NCBI GenBank assembly: GCA_046758365.1
Contig: JBHIAC010000081.1
Coordinates: forward strand, 1-14,976
Direction of reading: 5' to 3'
DNA from: a bacterium
GTDB taxonomy: Bacteria > Zhuqueibacterota > Zhuqueibacteria > Oceanimicrobiales > Oceanimicrobiaceae
DNA: 14,976 bases
Within the stretch, counting starts at the first letter, position 1; the number at the start of each line of letters is the position of its first letter. Below, piece after piece: positions 1 to 6,551 of the stretch. Both the position numbers and the translations under genes were made by a program. The notes beneath the pieces were generated by a model. It saw only the letters and a program-made list of their open reading frames with translations. It searched no databases and was not told the origin of the DNA.

Positions 1-81
1 GAATAACAAGCCAGCCCCAAATAGGTAAGACCGAATACAAGATAGTAAATTGGCAGAAAGCGGGTTTACTTTTCGAGTCAT
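1..81 (-). CDS. Possible 5' end of a divergently transcribed gene running off the window edge (MTRKVNPLSANLLSCIRSYLFGAGLLF...)
   Basis: ATG at 81-79 on the - strand with 27 open codons to the edge; basic N-terminus then hydrophobic residues, like a signal peptide. Too short to verify. Confidence 0.3.
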   Translation of the reverse strand, partial: MTRKVNPLSANLLSCIRSYLFGAGLLF

Positions 82-245
82 GGGTACGTGTTGGGAAAAT
101 TGCGACACTAGATAAAAGTCTGATAGATCGTAAGTTAGGTGTGTTAGTTAAAGATGAAATCAAAAAGATTTGAGAAATTTTAAAAGAAATGTTTAGCTTT
201 TAATAGCGTTATTTTTTACAACAGTATATTCAAAGATTTCTTAGT

Positions 246-269
246 AACCTTCCGTAAGTAAGGTTTTTT
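246..269 (+). terminator. Weak intrinsic-terminator-like hairpin upstream of uvrA
   Basis: AACCTTCC-GTAA-GTAAGGTT (one mismatch, GNRA-type loop) followed by a T run. Confidence 0.3.
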
Positions 270-365
270 ATGTTGTCTTATTTTTACCCCCAATTACAAA
301 GGAAGTACCAAATATTAATCACGGCGTTAATCAAATTCGTAGAAGATGTTTTAGTTTGATGTAAG

Positions 366-3128
366 ATGTCTGATTTCATTTCCCTGCGTGGCGTCCGTGT
401 TCACAATCTGAAAAATCTCAATGTGGACCTGCCGCGAAATAAGCTCATCGTCATCACCGGAGTTTCTGGCTCTGGCAAATCCAGTTTGGCGTTTGATACC
501 CTGTATGCCGAAGGCCAGCGGCGCTACGTGGAGTCGCTCTCGGCTTACGCCCGGCAATTCTTAGAGCGCATGGACCGACCGGATGTGGATGAGATTCAGG
601 GCATCTCCCCTGCTGTGGCCATTGAACAGAAGAATCCGACTAAAACCTCTCGTTCTACAGTAGCCACGGCCACCGAGATTCATGACTACCTCCGCCTACT
701 CTATGCCCGAATTGGAAAAACATTTTGCCCTCAATGCGGTGCGAAAATCAAAAAAGATCAGGTGCAGGACGTCATGGGCCGTATCACGGAGCTTCCTGCT
801 GAATCAAAAATTCAAGTTACATTTCCACTTTCAGGCGAGACTGTGGATGAAAGGGCTCTCGAATTGAATGAGCTTCGAAACCGAGGATTTTACCGCTTAC
901 TCTTAGACGGTCGGTTGGTGCTTGTAGACGATATAAAACACGATGATTTGGAAAAATTCAATAAAATTTTAGTTTTGCTCGACCGGTTAATCCTTCGAGG
1001 AGATTATAAAGCCAGGTTGGCGGACTCCCTGGATTTAGCTTTCAAAGCTGGTCATGGACGGGTGGAAATTTTATTAGAAAAAAAAGAGTTTCTTAAATTC
1101 TCACAAGCGTTTGAATGCCCCCACTGTGGCATGGCCTTCATCGAACCCCAGCCCCGACTGTTTTCATTTAATAACCCATTCGGAGCCTGCCCCACCTGTC
1201 GCGGCTTTGGTGATATTATTGAATTAGATCTCGATTTGGTGATTCCGGATCAGTCCAAGACTCTTTACGAAGGCGCCATCGAGCCCTGGAACACCCCCAG
1301 CCACAGCGAGATGCTGTATTATTTAGAGGACGCGGCCCACAAACATGCCATACCCATGAATAGACCGTGGCGCGAACTCAAAGAAGAACATAAACGCATC
1401 ATCATTGAAGGGGACGGAGAATTCCCTGGAATTAAAGGCTTTTTCCGCTGGATAGAAAGGAAAAAGTACAAGATCGGCGTGCGGGTGTTTCTGAGCCGCT
1501 ATCGGGGATTCATTCCATGTCCCGACTGTCATCGCACACGTCTCCGGCCCGAAGCCCTAAACATAAAAATTAATGACAAGAACCTCGGTGAAGTTACCCG
1601 CAGGTCCATTGAGGAAGCCCATGATTTTTTCCAAAAACTTAGACTTACCAATTTCGAAAAAGAGATTGCCCACCAAATTCTGAAAGAACTGCGCTCTCGA
1701 TTGAATTACTTGGTAGACGTTGGATTAGGGTACCTGACTTTAGACCGGCGCACGCAGACGCTCTCTGGTGGTGAATTTCAGAGAATTAATTTAGCCACAG
1801 CCATGGGATTTAAATTAACGGGCTCGCTTTATGTTTTGGATGAGCCCTCCATCGGATTACACCCGCGAGATAACCACCGTTTGATTAACATTCTTTTAGC
1901 TTTACGGGATTTAGACAATACGGTGGTGGTCGTAGAACACGACCGGGATATGATGCGGGTCAGCGATCAGCTTTTGGATTTGGGGCCACGGTCTGGAGAA
2001 CAGGGTGGGGAGATAGTTTACCAGGGCACTTTTGAATCTATTTTGACCAACGGGGTTAGTACCCTAACAGCTCAATATCTCAAGGGCGAGAAATCCATTC
2101 TTGTGCCTAAAAATCGCCGGTCAGGGAATGGCAAATATTTAAGACTCGTAGGCGCCACGGAAAATAATTTAAAAAACCTCGATGTGAAGATTCCACTTGG
2201 CTTGATCGTGGTGGTATCGGGTGTTTCTGGATCAGGGAAAAGCACTCTCGTACATGACGTTCTCTATGCTGGTATTGGCAAACGGCTGGGTTTCTGGAAA
2301 AAGCGCGCTGGAAGCCATGACCGAATTGAAGGAATTGAGCAAATTGACGGTGCGGTGCTGGTTGACCAATCCCCCATTGGAAGAACACCGCGCTCCAATC
2401 CGGTGACCTACACCAAATCCTTTGACGGCATCCGTCTTCTCTTCGCTCAAACCAGACGGGCACGGGTCAAGGGCTATGTACCCGGCACCTTCTCTTTTAA
2501 CACACCTGAGGGTCGCTGTGACAAATGTGAAGGGGCTGGCGTGGAAAAAGTCGAAATGCAGTTTTTGGCGGACTTACATTTGGAATGCGAACTCTGTGGC
2601 GGTAAACGATACAAAAAAGAAGTGCTGGATATTTCTTATAAAGGTAAAAACATTTATGATGTTCTTAATATGACGGTCTCCGAAGCTCTAAAATTTTTTA
2701 TCGAGGCTCCAAAGGTAGTATCTAAGCTCCAGATATTGGACGATGTGGGACTGGGTTATCTGCGTTTGGGACAGCCTGCCACAACCCTGTCAGGAGGCGA
2801 AGCCCAACGGGTAAAATTGGCCGCTCATCTTAGTTTAAAAGAAGGTAAACATCAGCTTTACCTTTTCGATGAACCTACCACCGGTCTTCATTTTGACGAC
2901 ATCTCCAAACTGCTGAATTGTTTTGATCAGCTTATTAAAGCTGGAAACTCGGTTTTGGTTATCGAACACAATATGGATGTTATCAAATGTGCAGATTACA
3001 TCATAGATTTGGGGCCAGAAGGTGGTGAGCAAGGAGGTTATGTGGTTGCTGCGGGCACTCCAGAAGACGTCGTTCAATGTGCAGAATCATATACCGCGCG
3101 TTATTTAAAAGAGTATCTTGTTAATTGA
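366..3128 (+). CDS. uvrA: Excinuclease ABC subunit A (UvrA), probably the second-paralogue clade
   Basis: 920 aa; two Walker A motifs (GVSGSGKSS, GVSGSGKST), two ABC signatures (LSGGEFQR, LSGGEAQR), Walker B motifs (VLDEPS, LFDEPT), CxxC zinc-finger pairs, and the conserved EGQRRYVESLSAYARQFL and FSFNNPFGACP blocks. Confidence 0.97.
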   Translation: MSDFISLRGVRVHNLKNLNVDLPRNKLIVITGVSGSGKSSLAFDTLYAEGQRRYVESLSAYARQFLERMDRPDVDEIQGISPAVAIEQKNPTKTSRSTVATATEIHDYLRLLYARIGKTFCPQCGAKIKKDQVQDVMGRITELPAESKIQVTFPLSGETVDERALELNELRNRGFYRLLLDGRLVLVDDIKHDDLEKFNKILVLLDRLILRGDYKARLADSLDLAFKAGHGRVEILLEKKEFLKFSQAFECPHCGMAFIEPQPRLFSFNNPFGACPTCRGFGDIIELDLDLVIPDQSKTLYEGAIEPWNTPSHSEMLYYLEDAAHKHAIPMNRPWRELKEEHKRIIIEGDGEFPGIKGFFRWIERKKYKIGVRVFLSRYRGFIPCPDCHRTRLRPEALNIKINDKNLGEVTRRSIEEAHDFFQKLRLTNFEKEIAHQILKELRSRLNYLVDVGLGYLTLDRRTQTLSGGEFQRINLATAMGFKLTGSLYVLDEPSIGLHPRDNHRLINILLALRDLDNTVVVVEHDRDMMRVSDQLLDLGPRSGEQGGEIVYQGTFESILTNGVSTLTAQYLKGEKSILVPKNRRSGNGKYLRLVGATENNLKNLDVKIPLGLIVVVSGVSGSGKSTLVHDVLYAGIGKRLGFWKKRAGSHDRIEGIEQIDGAVLVDQSPIGRTPRSNPVTYTKSFDGIRLLFAQTRRARVKGYVPGTFSFNTPEGRCDKCEGAGVEKVEMQFLADLHLECELCGGKRYKKEVLDISYKGKNIYDVLNMTVSEALKFFIEAPKVVSKLQILDDVGLGYLRLGQPATTLSGGEAQRVKLAAHLSLKEGKHQLYLFDEPTTGLHFDDISKLLNCFDQLIKAGNSVLVIEHNMDVIKCADYIIDLGPEGGEQGGYVVAAGTPEDVVQCAESYTARYLKEYLVN

Positions 3129-3137
3129 ATTTTGGTC

Positions 3138-3644
3138 ATGAAAAACATCCTTCTCACTGGAAGACCAGGCGTTGGCAAAACATCTTTGATCCAAAAAATT
3201 GTGCATGAATTTAAGGGCAAAGCCGGAGGGTTTTATACTCAAGAAATTAGAAACCATAACCGCAGAACGGGTTTCGAAATTGTGACCCTTTTGGGAATAA
3301 AAGGCATTCTTTCCAGTGTAGATATAAAAAGCCCATTTAGAGTAGGTAAATATGGAGTAAATTTAAAAGATTTAGAAGAGATTGCAGTGCGAGAGATTGA
3401 GAAAGCGCTTCAAAGAGACGATTTAATCGTAGTTGATGAAATTGGAAAAATGGAGCTCTTTTCAAAAAATTTCCAAGCTGTCATTCTTAAAGCATTGAAT
3501 TCACCTAAGCCTTTTTTAGCAACAATCACGAAGAGTAGCAACCCTTTTACCGATAAAATAAAAAAGCGAAATGATGTACTTTTAATTGAAGTGACCGAGG
3601 AGAATAGAAATTCTATAATTTTAGAAATAATAAATAAAATGTAA
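3138..3644 (+). CDS. NTPase_1/THEP1-family nucleoside triphosphatase (alternative TTG start at 3132)
   Basis: Walker A GRPGVGKT, family motifs GGFYTQEIR, RTGF and RVGKYGV, Walker B IVVDEIGKME; ATG lies 9 nt after the uvrA stop. Confidence 0.9.
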   Translation: MKNILLTGRPGVGKTSLIQKIVHEFKGKAGGFYTQEIRNHNRRTGFEIVTLLGIKGILSSVDIKSPFRVGKYGVNLKDLEEIAVREIEKALQRDDLIVVDEIGKMELFSKNFQAVILKALNSPKPFLATITKSSNPFTDKIKKRNDVLLIEVTEENRNSIILEIINKM

Positions 3645-3712
3645 GAATTTGGCTGTTTGAACATGAACCATCTTTTTTTCACCCTTCCCACTGAATTGAA
3701 TTCAAAAAGTTT

Positions 3713-3741
3713 TATTTCTGTGGGATTTCTATTTCTGTGGG
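3713..3741 (+). repeat. Tandem 12-bp direct repeat TATTTCTGTGGG, 17-bp period
   Basis: Exact copies at 3713-3724 and 3730-3741 in the intergenic region. Confidence 0.7.
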
Positions 3742-3810
3742 CGGATTTGTAGTCTTGTTCACATAGCTAAATTCCTACAAAAAAATTAACAATTAGATTT
3801 TTAAGATAAA

Positions 3811-5049
3811 ATGAAAAAATTTTTACCTCCAGTTTATTTTGTTGTATTAGCTGTGATAATATTTCTATCATTTTTATTAAAATCGAATCAGAATGAATTT
3901 ACTGCAGAATTAGCTATGGAATCAGATGCGATGGCCATCGTGAATTATTATATTCCAAGGCGCATTGTTTTAGAAGATACTCTAAAGGAAAGAAATTTAA
4001 AATTACCGCAATTCAAATCTCCAAATCCGAAATTCGGGGCATTAATTCTTGGAAATAGTCAAGATTCATTGGTTACCCTGGTATTAGATGAATCTCAAGA
4101 TTACGGCTTCAGTTATCTATATATCGACAAAAATAATAACGAGGATCTGACTGACGATGGAGACCCCTTTTGGGATGAAGATAAAAATATCTATTGGACA
4201 AAAGAAGCCTTGGTAGACGTTCACTATAAAAATGGAAAGAAAAAAGCAGCCGTGCCGTATCCTATTAGTTTCTACCGCTATAAACATCGTTTACGCGATA
4301 CTATTGTGGCCTATCGAAATGGATACCGAAGGGGCTATATTACATTGAAAGACTCATTATATAAAGTTGCGCTTTTAGATGATGATCTCAACGGGTTATT
4401 TAATGAAATGAATAAAGGTAGTTTAATAATCGACATAAATAGGGATGACATTTTAAACGGCAACACCGATTCTGATGAATATTACCCCTTGACTTCTCCT
4501 TTTAATATTAATGGTATAACCTACCAGGTAAAAGAAATTACGCCCGCTGGTGATTTGATCACCTTATCTATGGCAGATACGATGTTAATGCCAAAAATGT
4601 CTATAGAACCTGGAATAGCGGCACCATCATTTCGCATGATGACTATTGATGATCAGGTTATTGATTTGATGAATTTCAAAAATAAAGTTGTTTTGTTGGA
4701 TTTTTGGGCTTCCTGGTGTAAACCTTGGGAAAATGAATTACCCTATTTGAAACACATCTACTCTCGGTACCATCACCGAGGATTTGAAATTATAGGTTTG
4801 AATCTTGATGATGATTTGGATATCGTCAAGGAATTTATTGAAACCCACAGAATAAAATGGCCGCAAATTTCAAACGGCCGCGGGTGGGAAATGCCTTTGA
4901 TCGACATTTACAAAGTTGAAGCTATTCCAAGAAATTTTTTATTGGACCGAAATGGGATAATAAGGTACAAAGATGTGCGGGGGAAAAAGATGGATCTAAG
5001 TATCCGTGAGCTGTTAAATGAACCGTTGGTGGATGAAGTCGAATTTTAA
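3811..5049 (+). CDS. Membrane-anchored/exported TlpA/ResA-like thioredoxin-fold protein with large N-terminal extension; atypical CKPW active site
   Basis: N-terminal hydrophobic helix; C-terminal APSF...KNKVVLLDFWASWCKPW...GFEIIGLNLD...AIPRNFLLDRNGIIRY matches the Redoxin/AhpC-TSA pattern. Confidence 0.85.
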   Translation: MKKFLPPVYFVVLAVIIFLSFLLKSNQNEFTAELAMESDAMAIVNYYIPRRIVLEDTLKERNLKLPQFKSPNPKFGALILGNSQDSLVTLVLDESQDYGFSYLYIDKNNNEDLTDDGDPFWDEDKNIYWTKEALVDVHYKNGKKKAAVPYPISFYRYKHRLRDTIVAYRNGYRRGYITLKDSLYKVALLDDDLNGLFNEMNKGSLIIDINRDDILNGNTDSDEYYPLTSPFNINGITYQVKEITPAGDLITLSMADTMLMPKMSIEPGIAAPSFRMMTIDDQVIDLMNFKNKVVLLDFWASWCKPWENELPYLKHIYSRYHHRGFEIIGLNLDDDLDIVKEFIETHRIKWPQISNGRGWEMPLIDIYKVEAIPRNFLLDRNGIIRYKDVRGKKMDLSIRELLNEPLVDEVEF

Positions 5050-5080
5050 CGTGCAACACAATTAATTTAGTACTTTTTTC

Positions 5081-5109
5081 TTGACTTCGTTAATTTTATC
5101 TATTAAAAT
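5081..5109 (+). promoter_or_regulatory. Sigma70-type promoter for the small antitoxin/toxin remnant
   Basis: TTGACT (5081-5086), 17-nt spacer, TAAAAT (5104-5109); Shine-Dalgarno AAGGAG at 5159-5164 ahead of ATG 5172. Confidence 0.6.
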
Positions 5110-5171
5110 TGCATAAAGAAAGATTCAATCTATTATTTAATTATGGATTTGATACTTGAAGGAGTATTTTG

Positions 5172-5396
5172 ATGCTCATTAATAACCTTACTCTTAAAGA
5201 ACTAAGGAGCGAATTACATAAGCAAGTGGAAAAACTCCAAAAAGACCAACTCGTTGAAGTCTACAGATTCATTTCAAATATAATTGGCTAGAAATTGATG
5301 AAAGCAATGAGTGAGGAAGAACTTTCTCTAAAGGAAATTCATGATGCCATAGAAGAACATCGCCAAAAGCATCCTTATGAATCAGAATATAAATGA
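5172..5396 (+). pseudogene. Small helical antitoxin-like gene (74 codons) interrupted by an in-frame TAG at 5289-5291
   Basis: Strong SD; reads MLINNLTLKELRSELHKQVEKLQKDQLVEVYRFISNIIG*KLMKAMSEEELSLKEIHDAIEEHRQKHPYESEYK; the final TGA overlaps the next ATG (ATGA). Absent from the ORF track. Confidence 0.6.
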
Positions 5397-5461
5397 AATT
5401 GGTCATAGACACCATAATTTCTCCACAAAAATTTATCAAAGAATATCTTAGACCTCCATAA
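5393..5461 (+). pseudogene. Internally deleted PIN-domain (VapC-like, PIN_3/COG1569-type) toxin remnant
   Basis: MKLVIDT-IISPQKFIKEYLRPP*: a typical PIN N-terminus (M-K-x-V-I-D-T) joined directly to a typical PIN_3 C-terminus (IISPxxF); ATGA coupling with the upstream gene. Confidence 0.6.
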
Positions 5462-5514
5462 ATATGCGACCTAGTTTTTTGAAGTGCCTCGTAGGTGATA
5501 ATTCCCAATATTCC

Positions 5515-5543
5515 TTGCACTTTTCCTTTCAAAATTGTATATT
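5515..5543 (+). promoter_or_regulatory. Sigma70-type promoter for the nuclease-helicase operon
   Basis: TTGCAC (5515-5520), 17-nt spacer, TATATT (5538-5543), 45 nt upstream of ATG 5589. Confidence 0.55.
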
Positions 5544-5588
5544 CATTTCAAAAAGACCTCACCCAACTAACATTCGCTTATTAGATTT

Positions 5589-6548
5589 ATGTTTCATTTC
5601 AACCATGGCATCAAAATTAATGGCACCTCACTTTGGCTGGATGCCCAGAGATCCGTTGAAGTCTGTTGTGTTTCGCACGGTCACATGGATCACGCTAAGA
5701 AACATAAGCAGACCATTGCCACGCATAAAACAATTCGGTTTATGAATCATCGGGCGGGTAAAACACGAGCTATTAGTTTAGAGTACCATGAACCGCTAGA
5801 ACATGACGGCTGTTCTATTACACTTTTTCCGGCGGGTCATATTTTAGGCTCCGCCCAGATTCTGGTGGAAGTAGACGGATTCCGATTGCTGTATTCCGGT
5901 GATATTAATATTGAAAATAGCGTTACAGCCGAGCCCATTGATATTCCAGAAAGTGATATTTTGATTATGGAATGCACCTTTGGAAAACCATACTATCACT
6001 TTCCAAAAAGAAAAGTATTAGAAGTGCAACTTTTGACTTTCGTGAACCGCGCGTTTAAAGAAGGTGCTGTCCCGGTTGTTGTTGGGTATGCGTTGGGTAA
6101 AGCTCAGGAGGCGATGAAAGTTTTAGGCGATGCCGGGTATGAATTGAGCGTTCACGGAACTATAGCGCAATTAGCTAATATTTACGAGGAATTTGGTATG
6201 GGGTTTGGTCGATGGGAAAAATATAATAAAGATAAAGTTGCAGGAAAAGTACTGGTTATTCCGCCCAAAGCGGTTCGAACTCGAATGATAGAAAGAATTC
6301 CTAAAAAGAAGTCGGTATTCCTTTCTGGCTGGGCTGTGCATCCGGGAACAAAGGATCGCTATGGGGTTGATGAAGCTCTGCCGCTCAGTGACCATGCCGA
6401 TTTCGAGGGTTTAATTGAATATGTAAAAAAAGTTAATCCCCAAAAAATATACACAACTCACGGTTTCGAAGAATTTTCTTATTATTTAAGACAGCTTGGG
6501 TATGATGCGCAACCCCTGAAAAAAGTGACCCAGTTGTCTTTGTTTTAG
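5589..6548 (+). CDS. Metallo-beta-lactamase/beta-CASP nuclease related to the ligase-associated DNA-damage-response exonucleases (SNM1/Pso2-like)
   Basis: SHGHMDH, AGHILGS, YSGD, MECTFG, GYALGKAQE, LSDHADF and THG motifs; C-terminal QLSLF. Confidence 0.9.
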   Translation: MFHFNHGIKINGTSLWLDAQRSVEVCCVSHGHMDHAKKHKQTIATHKTIRFMNHRAGKTRAISLEYHEPLEHDGCSITLFPAGHILGSAQILVEVDGFRLLYSGDINIENSVTAEPIDIPESDILIMECTFGKPYYHFPKRKVLEVQLLTFVNRAFKEGAVPVVVGYALGKAQEAMKVLGDAGYELSVHGTIAQLANIYEEFGMGFGRWEKYNKDKVAGKVLVIPPKAVRTRMIERIPKKKSVFLSGWAVHPGTKDRYGVDEALPLSDHADFEGLIEYVKKVNPQKIYTTHGFEEFSYYLRQLGYDAQPLKKVTQLSLF

Positions 6549-6551
6549 CCT

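Noticed and set aside
82..365. LexA/SOS box upstream of uvrA
   Set aside because: No clear CTGT-N8-ACAG or GAAC-N4-GTTC match found by eye; a lineage-specific box cannot be excluded.
351..3691. Short ORFs overlapping uvrA and the NTPase (351-557, 682-867, 1323-1532, 2107-2463, 2221-2406, 2232-2450, 2422-2673, 2835-3077, 3410-3691)
   Set aside because: Antisense or off-frame shadows of well-supported genes, with no recognisable motifs.
4717..4790. Selenoprotein interpretation of the redoxin
   Set aside because: The codon is TGG, not TGA, and no convincing SECIS-like hairpin follows.
5269..5745. ORF-track calls 5269-5532 (-) and 5464-5745 (+)
   Set aside because: No motifs or SD; the region is better explained by the + strand TA remnant, the promoter at 5515-5543 and the MBL gene.
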